A stretch of 64,000 nt of DNA from an uncultured Chthonomonadaceae bacterium. GTDB taxonomy: Bacteria; Armatimonadota; Chthonomonadetes; Chthonomonadales; Chthonomonadaceae. A program made the translations under genes and the position numbers. The notes below the pieces were generated by a model. The model worked only from the letters and a program-made list of their open reading frames with translations, was not told the origin of the DNA and ran no database searches. This document shows positions 19,602 through 30,860 of the stretch, piece after piece. How positions within the stretch are numbered: the stretch's first letter is position 1; the number at the start of each line of letters is the position of its first letter. Location: NCBI GenBank assembly GCA_963835065.1, contig CAWIEK010000022.1:32001-96000 (forward strand), in the 5' to 3' direction.

Positions 19602-20492
19602 TCAAAAGTGGTTGGAAAATTGAAGCTGCACGTTGAAGTTGGCAATCGGCCCGGACTGGATCGCCTGAAACGTGCCCGGCTGGTACAGCAGGTAGCCACT
19701 GAAACCGGAAAGGGATGTGCCGCCATAGGGCATCCCGAACGGCATGATGTCGGCGCTTGCAATCAGGGTCGCCCACCGGACGGGATGGTACGCAAGGCTG
19801 GCGTTCATATAGGATTTGAACGACTTGGAAATCACGCTGCCGCCCGCCCGCTCGGCGTAGCCCGTCACTTCCACATCTGCCGTCAGGCGCGAATTGATCT
19901 GGAACAGTGTGCCGCCCCCAAACAGAAGCGCGTCGGCTCCCGTGCCAACCGCATCCACGCGGCTGTATCCGCCGAACACGCTGTAGGTGGGCGCGACGCG
20001 GCTTGTCGGCGCGTTCGGCAGCGCTCTGCCGAAAGCGTAACGCGCCGTCAGCACATTGGTTTGCGTACCCGGATACTGAACGCGGGTCACTTCGCCGGGA
20101 CGAATGATGTGATTGCTGGGCGTGACAAGCCGGGCATTGGAAGGCAGGTAGCCGTTGTAGCCCAGTGTCCAGCCGCGCAAGGGACTACGCGACAGGCCCC
20201 ATTGCGCGCCGACGCGGGACGTGTCGGCGGTGAAATGGGTCGCGCCGCTGCTCCCGGTAGCAAGGATGTTCTGCTGTCCGTACCATGCGAACAAGCGGGG
20301 CGTAAGACGCTGGCGCAGCGTCCATCCGCCCGTTTGCAGCGTCCGGTTTTGCCGTCCTGCAAACGAGTAATCGCCGAGCAGGGATGTGCCGGAAGGTTCG
20401 GACGCGATCTGCATCATATTCTGCTGCGCCGACGCGGAACCGGCGACAGCGAACAGGCCGCAAACACAGGGGAAAAGCCGATAACAACGCAT
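19602..20492 (-). CDS. Secreted/outer-membrane beta-barrel-like hypothetical protein
   Basis: Signal peptide ending ASA-QQ, alternating amphipathic strands, C-terminal F (NVQLQFSNHF). Confidence 0.5.
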   Translation of the reverse strand: MRCYRLFPCVCGLFAVAGSASAQQNMMQIASEPSGTSLLGDYSFAGRQNRTLQTGGWTLRQRLTPRLFAWYGQQNILATGSSGATHFTADTSRVGAQWGLSRSPLRGWTLGYNGYLPSNARLVTPSNHIIRPGEVTRVQYPGTQTNVLTARYAFGRALPNAPTSRVAPTYSVFGGYSRVDAVGTGADALLFGGGTLFQINSRLTADVEVTGYAERAGGSVISKSFKSYMNASLAYHPVRWATLIASADIMPFGMPYGGTSLSGFSGYLLYQPGTFQAIQSGPIANFNVQLQFSNHF

Positions 20493-20804
20493 AGAGGTTT
20501 GCTTTCTGAAACGGTTTTCTCGCGTGGAGGATACAGTACGCGCAGGCATGTAAATGGCTGGCTGTCAGGCGTGTTGCGGATACCTGCTATGCGCCACTGC
20601 CTGTTTTCGCGTTCACATTAAAGGCCGCATTTGCGCAGCCTACGCAGGTATTATTGGCAGCAGGAATGAAAAATGCAGGGTAGAAACCGCCTTATCAAGA
20701 AAACGGTTTCTATCCGCGCATGTCCAAACAAAGTTTTCGATTGTTTCCGTGTTACAATTAAATCCGTAGTATCTCATTTGCAGCATTGACAGGAGTTTGA
20801 CCTC

Positions 20805-21605
20805 ATGAATCGCAAACGCCGCTCCCTGCTTGCCGCGTGTCTTATCTTGCTCCTGCTTCTCGCGCTTCCTCTTGGCTTGACGTACCGGCGGTGGCAGCAG
20901 GCGCGGCTTGACCATGCGCTGGCGCTGGCCGTAAAAGATAACCGGCTTGCCGAAATTTCTCGGCTGCTGGCGGAAGGCGCGAACCCCAACACGGCGAACA
21001 ATCCCGTGCCGACCTTTACGGAAATGCTGCGCGCCCTGCTGTCGCGCCATGTTCCTTCCGCCGCCACCGGGCAGCCGAGCCTGATTTCTGCGGCGCTTGG
21101 GCAGCATTGGGATGTCGTAGACGTTCTGCTGGCGCATGGAGCGGACGTGAACGCGCATGATGATCGCGGAATGACGCTGCTGCATTGCGCCGCGCTGTCG
21201 CAGGATCAGAAATGGTTCCTTGCGACATCGAATGACCCGCACAAAAAGGAAAGCATTGAATTGGGCATGCCGCGCCTGCACGCCCTGCTGGCACGCCACC
21301 CGAATGTCAATGCGCGCGACAGTACAGGCCAAACGCCGCTGCACTACGCCGCCGAGTTTGAGGACGGCCCGTTTGTGGAAGCGCTGATCGCGGCAGGGAG
21401 TGACGTGGACGCGATGGATCGGGGCGGTAACACGCCGCTTGCCAATGCGACTCGCGGCCTGCACTTCGACACGGCCAAAGTACTGCTGGCGCATGGAGCC
21501 GACGTTAACCACAAAGACAAGCGGGGAGGCACGATGCTGAACTACGCGAAACACTTCAACGGCCCGCAAATGGTCGCGTTTCTCAAGCGCAATGGCGCCA
21601 AGTAG
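20805..21605 (+). CDS. Ankyrin-repeat protein with N-terminal membrane anchor
   Basis: GADVNA...GMTLLH, GQTPLHYAA and GNTPLA repeats. Confidence 0.9.
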   Translation: MNRKRRSLLAACLILLLLLALPLGLTYRRWQQARLDHALALAVKDNRLAEISRLLAEGANPNTANNPVPTFTEMLRALLSRHVPSAATGQPSLISAALGQHWDVVDVLLAHGADVNAHDDRGMTLLHCAALSQDQKWFLATSNDPHKKESIELGMPRLHALLARHPNVNARDSTGQTPLHYAAEFEDGPFVEALIAAGSDVDAMDRGGNTPLANATRGLHFDTAKVLLAHGADVNHKDKRGGTMLNYAKHFNGPQMVAFLKRNGAK

Positions 21606-21731
21606 GGAAAAGCAGGGGAAGAGAACAGACAGGATATAGCGTCCTAATTTGCGAAGACAACTTGTTGCCTTGTTGGATGTTCCAGGCGAGACAGCGCAGG
21701 ATACCGGCAGGCGACTGTGGAAAATAGCGAC

Positions 21732-22662
21732 ATGAACTGGCAACACTCTCTTGTATTGTTTCTCGCGTCCATGACGGCGGGAGCCATTAACTCCGTGGCG
21801 GGCGGCGGCACACTGCTGACGTTCCCGGCCCTCATCGCCACCGGGCATACCGCTTTGATTGCCAATGCGACCAGCACCGTAGCGCTGTGGCCGGGGCAGT
21901 TGAGCAGTCTGTGGGGCTACCGCAAAGAAATCGGGCAAACGCGGGCCGCTATTATTCCCCTCACGGTTCTTGGACTGCTTGGCGGCGTCGTGGGCGCATC
22001 CCTGCTGCTTATTACGCCGAGCAAAGTGTTCGACAAACTCGTGCCGTTTCTGGTTTTAGCGGCGACTTCGCTGTTCATGGCGCAGGAGCCGTTGGCGCGG
22101 CGTCAGAAAGCGCGGGCCGCGCAATTCGCGCAGGATGTGCCGAACGCCGCCGCATCCACCCGCCGAAGCCGCGCCCATTCCCAACACTTCCCCAGTTTCA
22201 GCCGCCATTGACAATGTTTCTGACAGCGCTGCTTCTGCTGCAATTCCCTCCCCGTCTTCTGCATCCGCTTCCCCTGTCACTGCCTTTGTTGCCGGCAAAT
22301 TGCCCCTGTCCATCGCGGTTCTCGCGTTCCTCACAGCCATTTACGGCGGCTATTTCGGCGCGGGCATCGGCATTTTGACCCTTGCCGCGCTCGGCTTCAT
22401 GGGCTTCACCAACATCCACCAGATGAACGGCGTGAAAAACATCTTTACCCTGTTCATCAACGGCATTGCCGCGCTGATTTTCGTGTTCAAGCACCTTGTA
22501 GATTACCCGACTGCCGGATTGATGGCGGCCGGGGCGATTTTCGGCGGGTATGCGGGCGCAGGCATTGCCCGGCGCATCGGGCAGAAAAACGTCCGGCGCG
22601 TCGTCATCGGCCTGGGCTTTGTCCTGACCCTTTCCCTGCTGTGGAAAGCGTGGAGCAGGTAG
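21732..22662 (+). CDS. TauE/SafE (TSUP) family exporter; frameshift near 22140-22170
   Basis: [17 protein letters not shown] in the first ORF and [10 protein letters not shown] in the second. Confidence 0.85.
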
Positions 22663-22760
22663 GCACAAGGCATTAGGCATTAGGCATTAGATACAGGACA
22701 GAAGACAGAAGTTACTTGTTCCTGATACCTAATGCCTAATGCCTTGTGCCTTGTGCCTTC
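22661..22760. repeat. Heptamer (AGGCATT/AATGCCT) inverted tandem repeat
   Basis: aggcacaaggcattaggcattaggcatt ... aatgcctaatgccttgtgccttgtgcct. Confidence 0.8.
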
Positions 22761-22837
22761 CTCTTCAAGCAACCATTGCCGCCGTGTCAACGTAGGATGG
22801 GAGTACGTCAAACCTTCAGAAGCGAAAGGAAATCCTT

Positions 22838-23175
22838 ATGAAAACGGCATCAGGGCTGGAATACGAAGACATCAAAGCAGGAACGGGCGCGACGCCCAAA
22901 ACCGGGCAAACCGCCGTCGTGCATTACGTCGGCACACTGACCAATGGAACCAAATTCGACAGTTCACGGGATCGGGGCGAGCCGTTCTCATTCCCGCTCG
23001 GCATGGGGCGGGTTATCAAGGGCTGGGACGAGGGCGTGTCCACTATGCAGGTCGGTGGCATCCGCAAACTGACCATTCCGCCGGAATTGGCTACGGTTCG
23101 CGGGGCGCGGGCAACGGCTTAATTCCCCCGAACGCCACGCTTGTCTTTGAAGTGGAACTGCTCGATGTGAAATAG
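22838..23175 (+). CDS. FKBP-type peptidyl-prolyl isomerase; frameshift near 23090
   Basis: [24 protein letters not shown], then YGSRG...[14 protein letters not shown] in a shifted frame. Confidence 0.92.
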
Positions 23176-23271
23176 CATCGTGTCCTGTCCCTATCGAATG
23201 GCTGAACGCGCTTGTGAGTGATTTGAGGCGCGGCAGTAAATTCCAGTTCGGTACAAACGAGTAGGAAAGCC

Positions 23272-24522
23272 ATGAGTGAAGCAGTATTGGCGCAGGCAAA
23301 ACGGGCGAAGGAAGCGGCGCGGCGACTGGCGGCAGTTGGGGCAACGGTAAAGAACGCTGCCCTGACTGCAATGGCGGAAGCATTGACGGCGCAATCCGCG
23401 CAGATTTTAGACGCCAACGCGGTGGATGTGGCGGCGGGGCGGGAGCGCGGCCTGTCCTCGGCGCTGATTGAGCGGCTGACGCTGACGCCCAAACGCATTG
23501 AAGCTATGTCGGAAGGATTGCGGCAGGTTGCCGCCCTGCCTGATCCGGTCGGGCAAATACTGGATGGCGGGCGGCGTCCGAACGGGCTGGACATTCAGCG
23601 CGTCCGCGTTCCTCTGGGCGTTATCGGCATCATCTATGAAAGCCGCCCGAACGTGACCGTAGACGCGGCGGGTTTGTGCGTGAAAGCGGGCAACGCCGTG
23701 ATTTTGCGGGGCGGGTCGGAAGCCATTCGCTCCAACACGGTTCTGGCGCGTTTAATATCTGCGTCGGGCGAACGGGCCGGTCTTCCTCCCTACAGCATCC
23801 AACTGATCGAAACTACGGACCGGGACGCGGCAACCGCCCTGATGCGCGCGGAAGGTCTGGTGGATGTTCTCATCCCGCGCGGCGGCGAAAAACTAAAAAA
23901 AGTGGTGATGGAAAACGCAACCGTTCCCGTGCTGACGTCGCTCGGCGGCAATTGCCATACCTACGTGGATAGCGGAGCCGATCTAAGTATGGCGGCGGAC
24001 ATCGCTTTTAACGCCAAAGTGTCGCGCCCGTCCGTGTGCAACGCCATGGAAACCCTGCTGGTACACAAGGAGGGGGCCGCGCTGCTATTGCCGCCCCTGG
24101 GCAAGCGGCTTGTCGAAGCGGGCGTGGAAATCCGGGGCTGCGAGCGTACTCTGGCATTGCTTCCGCAGGCTATTCCCGCCACCGAAGAGGACTGGGCAAC
24201 AGAGTTTCTAGCCCTGACGCTTGCCGTTCGGGTCGTGGACAGTCTGGACGACGCCCTGCGCCACATTGCGCGCTACGGCACGGGTCATTCCGAAGCCATT
24301 GTCACGCCCAATTATGCAAACGCGCAGCGCTTTACGCAGGAAGTGGACGCGGCCTGCGTGTACGTCAATGCCAGTACGCGCTTTACGGACGGGTACGAGT
24401 TCGGGCAGGGCGCGGAAGTGGGTATCAGCACCCAAAAACTCCATGCGCGCGGCCCCATCGGCCTGACCGAACTGACCACCTACAAAACCATCGTGCGCGG
24501 CAGCGGACAGATACGGGAGTGA
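23272..24522 (+). CDS. proA: Glutamate-5-semialdehyde dehydrogenase
   Basis: VPLGVIGIIYESRPNVT, CNAMETLLVH, NASTRFTDG, ISTQKLHARGP. Confidence 0.97.
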   Translation: MSEAVLAQAKRAKEAARRLAAVGATVKNAALTAMAEALTAQSAQILDANAVDVAAGRERGLSSALIERLTLTPKRIEAMSEGLRQVAALPDPVGQILDGGRRPNGLDIQRVRVPLGVIGIIYESRPNVTVDAAGLCVKAGNAVILRGGSEAIRSNTVLARLISASGERAGLPPYSIQLIETTDRDAATALMRAEGLVDVLIPRGGEKLKKVVMENATVPVLTSLGGNCHTYVDSGADLSMAADIAFNAKVSRPSVCNAMETLLVHKEGAALLLPPLGKRLVEAGVEIRGCERTLALLPQAIPATEEDWATEFLALTLAVRVVDSLDDALRHIARYGTGHSEAIVTPNYANAQRFTQEVDAACVYVNASTRFTDGYEFGQGAEVGISTQKLHARGPIGLTELTTYKTIVRGSGQIRE

Positions 24523-24629
24523 AGAAGAGAAGAAAAGAAGAAGAGAAGAAGAGGAGAAATAAACCAAAAGAGAAGAGAAGAAAAGTGGTTCCATCTCCTT
24601 TTCTTCTCTTCTTCTTCTTCTTTTCTTCT

Positions 24630-25808
24630 TCACCTTGGTGTTCTTCGTGTCTTGGTGGTTCCAGTTCTTCTATGGCGGCGCTTCCTGCGGTGAGGCGTAG
24701 TCGAACGTGTTTCCCCTGACGCGGTTTTGCGTCCATCATCGTAAGTCTGAAGGCGCAGGCCGTTTAGTTTGGCGGTTTTTACGAACTTCGCCAGTCGTTG
24801 CGGAACCGTCACCGTATTGGGGTCGCCGTCGCTGACGTAGCGCTCGCTTGCGCCGGATTTCAGTTCATCGAGGGCTTCGGGGATGCCGCCCCCGCCGTTC
24901 ACGGCCAGAACGCGCGGAATTCGCAGGGGATCGAACTTTGTGGAAATCGGCGAGGGAGCCGGTCCGCCCCAGGCGTCGATGACGGCGCGGTTGGCGTAGG
25001 ATTTGCCGTTGTATTCGCCGGAAGTGAGAACGCTGTAGTTGTGCGAACGGGGCTTGCAGCCGCCGGGCAGGGCCAGCGTGTCCAGATGCGCGCCGGGAAC
25101 CATGCGCTCCGTGACGCTTTTGCCCAGGGCGATCTCTTTGGCAATGGCCGCGTCCGACATGCGGTTGAAATAGTGGTGGCTGAGGGTATGATTGCCTAAC
25201 TCGCAGCCCATATCGAGCAGGGCGCGCATTTTCTTCGTGGCGTAGCGCTCCGAGCCGAACGCCCCCTGGGGCAGCACGTAAAACATGGCTTTGGTGGGGA
25301 AATCAGGATGCTGGCGCGTAAACTCCTGCATGATGCCAATCGCGCAGTCCGGGTCTATGCTTTTGTCGCTGCGATAGCGGAATTGCGTACTGCGGGCGTC
25401 GTCGAAGGTCAGAATCACCGGGCTGGTTCCCAGGGGCAAATCCATTTTGTTGTTGAGGTACTCGCTGAGATTGACCGGGCGGTAGCCTTCGTCATACAAG
25501 CGCTGCAAATCGGCCTGAAACTCGTCCAGGCTGCGGTGCATCATGCGCGTGGCGCGGCCCGCATTGGATGGGGTAGCCCCGATTTCATGGTACTCCAGAA
25601 TCGGCACGCGCCCCGCTTCATTGACGCGCATGGCTTTTAACTGCGCGGGGTCAATGGCGGGCGCATCGGGCGTTTGCGTCTGATGCGGCGCGTTCTTGAG
25701 CGAAGCAGGCGTATAGCGAATGGGAACCGGGGCGCGCTGCCAGGCAAGCATCAGCCCCAACAGGGCGCAGAAAACCAAACCGGTACTCAGGAACAACAAA
25801 GATTTCAT
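24630..25808 (-). CDS. Polysaccharide deacetylase family protein
   Basis: PILEYHEI, ILTFDDA, LGNHTLSH; N-terminal TM. Start probably at 25808. Confidence 0.85.
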   Translation of the reverse strand: MKSLLFLSTGLVFCALLGLMLAWQRAPVPIRYTPASLKNAPHQTQTPDAPAIDPAQLKAMRVNEAGRVPILEYHEIGATPSNAGRATRMMHRSLDEFQADLQRLYDEGYRPVNLSEYLNNKMDLPLGTSPVILTFDDARSTQFRYRSDKSIDPDCAIGIMQEFTRQHPDFPTKAMFYVLPQGAFGSERYATKKMRALLDMGCELGNHTLSHHYFNRMSDAAIAKEIALGKSVTERMVPGAHLDTLALPGGCKPRSHNYSVLTSGEYNGKSYANRAVIDAWGGPAPSPISTKFDPLRIPRVLAVNGGGGIPEALDELKSGASERYVSDGDPNTVTVPQRLAKFVKTAKLNGLRLQTYDDGRKTASGETRSTTPHRRKRRHRRTGTTKTRRTPR

Positions 25809-25971
25809 GGGCGGAATAAATTGAACAAAAGTGGAACGCGAACCAGAAGACGTTTTTTTGAACTCTGATACAGTATAACACACTGCGCGTCCGTTGAACA
25901 CTCGTCGGCAGGACAAAGGTTTTTCGGACAGGGGAACAGGAGGCGGAAAAGAAGGGTCGCGCAGGAAGCGA

Positions 25972-27000
25972 TTATTCCTGCGGGCATGGCAGGAAGGTCG
26001 TTCCCACGCCGCGCTCGTGTACCACGTCGTCTATGACGCGCTCCCGACGCCCGCGCGCAATTACTGTACGAATACCCGATTGTGTGGCAATTCTGGCCGC
26101 TTCAATTTTGGTACGCATCCCGCCCGTACCCACGCCGCTCGTCGCTTCCCCGCCCAGCGCGGCAATCGCCGCGTCAATGCGCTCTACCGTAGAGATGAGG
26201 GTGTTGGGTGTCGGGTGTCGGGTGTCGGGATTTTGGATTGCCGATTGCCGAATTACTGTCTTCTGTCTTCTGTCTTCTATCTTCTCTTCTGTTCCCTGTT
26301 CCCTGTTCCCTGTTCCCTGTGTCTTCTCCTCTTCTTCCTCCGGCGGCTGCGCGTACAAGCCTTCCACGTCGGAAAGGATGAGCAGTAAATCCGCGCCGAC
26401 GAGGGTGGCGACGCGGGCCGCTAAGGTGTCGTTGTCGCCGAATTTGATTTCGTCTACGGCTACCGTGTCGTTTTCGTTAATGATGGGCACGACGCCCATA
26501 TCCAACAGCGCGCGCAGGGTATTTTGCGCGTTGGCAAAGCGGACTGCGTCGCTCAGGTCGTCGCGGGTCAGCAGCACCTGCGCGACCGTCACTTCCCGCC
26601 ACGCGAACGCTTCGGTATACGTGTGCATCAGCAAGCCCTGCCCGATGGCGGCGGCGGCTTGCTTAAAGGCGAGGGTATTCAGGTGTTCGGTGTTCAGGTG
26701 TTCAGGTGTTTTGATACTTGGATGTCCCTCTGTGGGCGCGTCCATTACGAACTTATTGATTGAATCTGCATTCTCCTGAACACCCGAATACCTGAATACC
26801 TGAATACCTGAATACCCAGCCCCCATCGCCTCTCTTCCCGCCCGTATCGCGCCGGACGTGACCAACACCACGTCGCGGTTCTGCGCCCGCTGCGCGGCCA
26901 ATTGCGCGGTCAAATCGGCAATAAACGCGCGGTCAATGCGTCCGTGTGTATTGGTGAGCGTACTGGTTCCAACTTTAACCACAATGCGCTGCGGCAGCAT
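25972..27000 (-). CDS. proB: Glutamate 5-kinase (no PUA domain) carrying two in-frame repeat insertions
   Basis: VVKVGTS, VTSGAI, QAAAAIGQ, INENDTV, FGDNDTL, GTGGMRTK. Confidence 0.95.
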   Translation of the reverse strand: MLPQRIVVKVGTSTLTNTHGRIDRAFIADLTAQLAAQRAQNRDVVLVTSGAIRAGREAMGAGYSGIQVFRYSGVQENADSINKFVMDAPTEGHPSIKTPEHLNTEHLNTLAFKQAAAAIGQGLLMHTYTEAFAWREVTVAQVLLTRDDLSDAVRFANAQNTLRALLDMGVVPIINENDTVAVDEIKFGDNDTLAARVATLVGADLLLILSDVEGLYAQPPEEEEEKTQGTGNREQGTEEKIEDRRQKTVIRQSAIQNPDTRHPTPNTLISTVERIDAAIAALGGEATSGVGTGGMRTKIEAARIATQSGIRTVIARGRRERVIDDVVHERGVGTTFLPCPQE

Positions 27001-27306
27001 AATCCTTCTCTTTCATCTTCCAGTGAATTTTGGCGCTGACGGGCTTATATACTTGACCAAGCCTGCGTCACTTGTGGCTATACCTCAGAAGTGGCATTCT
27101 GTCAAGGATTTTTCAGGGTTGCGTTGAAAACCGCAAAACCGCCAGCCGATGAATAACGTAGATAACAGAACGGATAACCATTGTTGGGATGCGTCGTCTA
27201 TCTGACAGAGCCATCCGAAACATGGACTTGCGCGGCCCGCGCTCTTGTTAAACGGGGTTTGCGCCGACAACAAAATTTGACCCGGCGGATGGTCAAGCGA
27301 GGCAGG

Positions 27307-27903
27307 ATGCTAGGGGAGAGAAACCGCTGCGAGGCGATTGTGCAGGTACCCGATCAGGAACTCATTTCGCGCTGCCAGCAAGGCGACCTGGACGCCTTCG
27401 GGCAGATTTACGCGCGCTATGAGCGCGTGGTGTATCGCTACGCCTACCACATGCTGGGCGACCCGGATGACGCCGATGATGTCAAGCAGGATACGTTCCT
27501 CAAGGCGTACCGCACCCTGCCCGGCTTCCGGGGCGAGTGCAGCCTGCTGACGTGGCTGCTCAAAGTGGCGGGAAACCTGTGCCGCGACCGCCATAAAACC
27601 CGGACGCGCCGGGGCGAAATCGCCCTGCTGCCGGAAATGGCCGCCGAACTGCCCGATATGAGCGATCTGGGCGGCGACCCGGCCCGCCTGCTGGAGCGCA
27701 AGGACCTGCATCAATCGCTGTACCGCGTCCTGGCCGCCCTGCCCGAAGGCCAAAAAGAACTCATCGTCCTGCGCGACGTGCAGGGCTTAAGTTATCAGCA
27801 GATTGCCGATGTTCTCAATTGTTCGGTTGCCAGCGTGAAACTGCGCTTATTTCGCGCCCGGCGCGGCTTCCGGGACCGCATGGAGTCGCTGTTACAGAAG
27901 TAG
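27307..27903 (+). CDS. ECF sigma factor (SigE/SigW-like)
   Basis: DADDVKQDTFLKAY, TWLLKVAGNLCRD, region 4 LSYQQIADVLNCSVASVKLRLFRAR. Start uncertain (27307 or 27340). Confidence 0.92.
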   Translation: MLGERNRCEAIVQVPDQELISRCQQGDLDAFGQIYARYERVVYRYAYHMLGDPDDADDVKQDTFLKAYRTLPGFRGECSLLTWLLKVAGNLCRDRHKTRTRRGEIALLPEMAAELPDMSDLGGDPARLLERKDLHQSLYRVLAALPEGQKELIVLRDVQGLSYQQIADVLNCSVASVKLRLFRARRGFRDRMESLLQK

Positions 27904-28024
27904 GCATTTAATATTAGGCATTAGGCATTAGGTAGGATGCGAATTATGTGCAAATTACCCTGCACAGCCAAGTGTTAAGACGGCTTCCCCCTAATGCCTA
28001 ATATCTAATATCTAAATACCTACC

Positions 28025-29050
28025 GTGAGGAGTAGGATCATGTTGCTAATCAGGTGGGCGCAGTGTCGGCGCATTCAGCCGGCGTTGTGGGATTTTGCGT
28101 CGGAGCGCCTGTCCGAAGAAATGATGGAGCGGGTAGAACAGCATTTGCATGGCTGCATCGCCTGTGACCGCGAACTCGCGTCGCTGAAGCGGGCGCAAAC
28201 CTTGCTGGCGGCCTGCCGCGCGCAGGAAGAACCCGCGCCCCGCGCCGATTGGAGCGACCTGCGGCAGCGCATCGTTGCCGAGGGCCTTGCGCATATCGCC
28301 ACGCCTGCCTTGTCACGGCGTACCGGCAAAACGGCAGGCCGCGAGCGCGCGACAAGCGGGTATCGCGCCCCCTGGACGATGCAGTTGGCGACCTCGGCGG
28401 CAGGCGGTTTCGCCGCCGTGCTGGTGCTTGGATTGGGTTACGGCGCGTTCCATGCGCGGAATACCGGTTTGCCCGCGTCGCCTGTGGTGTCCGTTCCGCC
28501 GGGACAAGTTGTGCCCACTTCGCCCGAACAACTCGCTTCTGCTTCTGACGCGCAAAACGCGCAATGGCCGGAGAACGTAGTAAAAGCCCTGAACAGCCTA
28601 TCGGTACAAAGCGATAAAATCGAGACAGCCGGTTCCATGCCTGCAAAGAGCGTTCACGTTGGCGCGACTGCCTCTGCGCCAAATACGCATGGCTCCCATA
28701 GCGTTACGACATTTCGAGTAACAGGCACGGGACGTGGACACAAAACAACGCCCCGAATGGACTACGCAGCCGCGTCAATGCCGCCGAGAATGACCTATGT
28801 CGGCCTGCGCGAAGCATCGGCTCGTCGCGCGCCCACGCCTAAAACATTCGCTTCGGCGACAATTACGCCGAAGTCCCGACGTTCCAACGGTAAATTCGGC
28901 CAACAATCGGCAAGCGCGCCGCAAACGCAGATCGCTTCCAACTATGCCCTGGGCCATGTCAAGCCCGACGGAAGCGACAGCGGCGATTCCAACATCAATG
29001 TCATCGGCGTCGTCAGTCCTGTGTCCCGCGACGATGATGGCGTCTACTAA
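28025..29050 (+). CDS. Zinc-binding anti-sigma factor (ZAS/zf-HC2) with TM helix
   Basis: HLHGCIAC (HxxxCxxC), central TM, directly after the ECF sigma gene. Confidence 0.85.
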   Translation: MRSRIMLLIRWAQCRRIQPALWDFASERLSEEMMERVEQHLHGCIACDRELASLKRAQTLLAACRAQEEPAPRADWSDLRQRIVAEGLAHIATPALSRRTGKTAGRERATSGYRAPWTMQLATSAAGGFAAVLVLGLGYGAFHARNTGLPASPVVSVPPGQVVPTSPEQLASASDAQNAQWPENVVKALNSLSVQSDKIETAGSMPAKSVHVGATASAPNTHGSHSVTTFRVTGTGRGHKTTPRMDYAAASMPPRMTYVGLREASARRAPTPKTFASATITPKSRRSNGKFGQQSASAPQTQIASNYALGHVKPDGSDSGDSNINVIGVVSPVSRDDDGVY

Positions 29051-29052
29051 CG

Positions 29053-29146
29053 GTCAGGTGTCAGGTATCAGGTGTCAGGTGTCAGAGAAGGATTTCTTCT
29101 GCGCCTCGTCCTGACACCTGAACACCTGACACCTGATACCTGAACC
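29053..29146. repeat. Heptamer (TCAGGTG/CACCTGA) inverted tandem repeat
   Basis: tcaggtgtcaggtatcaggtgtcaggtgtcag ... ctgacacctgaacacctgacacctgatacctga; the same family occurs at 46817-46930. Confidence 0.85.
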
Positions 29147-30668
29147 ATGACCTACCACACGCAGATTGCCGCTTTGATTTCCAATATCGCGCGCCCGCTT
29201 CCTTTCCGCTTGCTGGCGGGAATGGGGCTGGGACTTGTCACGGGTGGGTTGCCGATGCAGGCGCGGGCGCAAACATCCCCGCCGCCCGTTGTGCAGGCTG
29301 CGCCGCCTTCGTCTGTCGGTTCCGGTTCGGCGTCGGGGGGCGTGTTGGGGCAGATGGGGCGCGAACTCAGCGACATTTTGCAGCAAAACCGCAGTGGCGT
29401 CGTGATGATACGGGGGCATCGGCTTCTCGTAGCCCCCGCGGCCTTTGCAGGCAAAAACGACAAAATGCCGATGGGAATGGCGAATGCTCTTTAGCGGCCT
29501 CCCACCCATCATTCCCGTAATTGGAAGCGGTTTTCTGGTGCAGGGCAATGTGGTCGTGACAACGGCGGAAGTGGCCGAAGACATTCAGAGTCCTACGGTA
29601 ATTCTGGCGGATGGCAAACATTTGCGCGTCATAGGCCGCAGCGTGGATGCGCAGAGCAACCTTGCCATTTTCACCGTTGAGGGCGTGGACACGTCTGTCG
29701 CGTTGCGCATGGGCGACTCCGACACCGTTTTACCCGGCACATTTGCCGTCACTATCGGTACGCAGGCCGGCTTCCCCAATTCGGGCGGACTGGCGTTTAT
29801 TGCGCATACACGCCGCCGCGCGCGTTCGGGCGAACGCCATTTCGACAACCTGATTCAGTTTCAGGGCGCAATCGGGCCGGGCAGCAGCGGCAGTCCCCTG
29901 ATCGGCTCTTCGGGAGAAGTGATCGGCATTGTCATGGCCGCGCCGGATATGACGAGTGGCGGGCGCGGCAATTGGCCTGGCAACGGCTGGGATCGGCAAA
30001 ACGGCGGCAGGGGCGGGGGGCAAAACCGCTTTGACAAAGGGCATCAGGAGAAATCCGCGCCGGACAAGTCTGCGCCGGACGCCAACGCCCACGCGCATCG
30101 AAGCCGCGCCGCGTCGGAAATGCAGACCCCGCCTCCGGGTGTTCCTGCCGACCCGCGCAGCCCACGTTCGGGAGGTTCGCCTTTCGCGCCTTTCCCCGGC
30201 GAAATGCCCCAGGGCGGTTTCAATCCGTTCGGCGGCTTGTCCAACATCGGCTTTGCGCTGCCTGTCAACGAACTGCGCGCCCGGCTTCCCGAACTGGTGC
30301 GAACAGCGCAGAAGATACCCGCCGCCGGCTGGATGGGCGTTCGTCCGGGCAACGGTCCCAAACCCGGCGCGTATGTCACCAACCTGTATGAAGACTGCCC
30401 TGCAGAAAAGGCCGGCCTGAAAATCGGCGACATTATCACGCACATTGACGGGCAGCCGATTCATTCCGATATGGAGTTCATCGGCGCTTTAGTGCGTGGG
30501 CAGGAAGGGCAAGCCATGAAAGTGCAAGTGCTGCGCGGGAACGCCGTCCACATTTTCGAGGTACGCCTGCGCGCCCGTCCCGACCCCGACGAAATGCGGC
30601 GCATGAACCTGCGTATCCAATCGGAAGTCGGCGTTCGGATTGTCGTGTACTTCGCTTATATGGTTTGA
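29147..30668 (+). CDS. HtrA/DegP-like trypsin + PDZ protein, catalytic His/Asp apparently replaced; frameshift near 29470
   Basis: IGSGFLV, PGSSGSPL, IGFALPVN, PDZ PAEKAGLKIGDII. Confidence 0.8.
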
Positions 30669-30860
30669 GTGATGAGGGAGAGTGGAGAGTAGAGAGTGGA
30701 GAGTGAGAGGAGGCAATCCTTTCACTCTCCACTCTCTTTGTTTGGCTTGCGCGGAACGCCTCTGAGGAAATTGTGGCTTCAACATTGGTTTTGCGGCAGG
30801 AAAAGCCACAGGGCAACGCGAACAGTAGCAAAAGTAGGTTCGGAAAAGGAGAGAAACGTA

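Noticed and set aside
20640..21938. 432-aa minus-strand ORF and similar long antisense ORFs (e.g. 6249..7271, 38690..39925, 42141..43100)
   Set aside because: Antisense shadows of well-supported genes in GC-rich DNA, with no motifs of their own.
25972..27000. Inteins or self-splicing introns explaining the ProB/LarB/HpnI inserts
   Set aside because: The inserts are short and low-complexity, lack C/S...HN intein ends and show no group I or II intron features.
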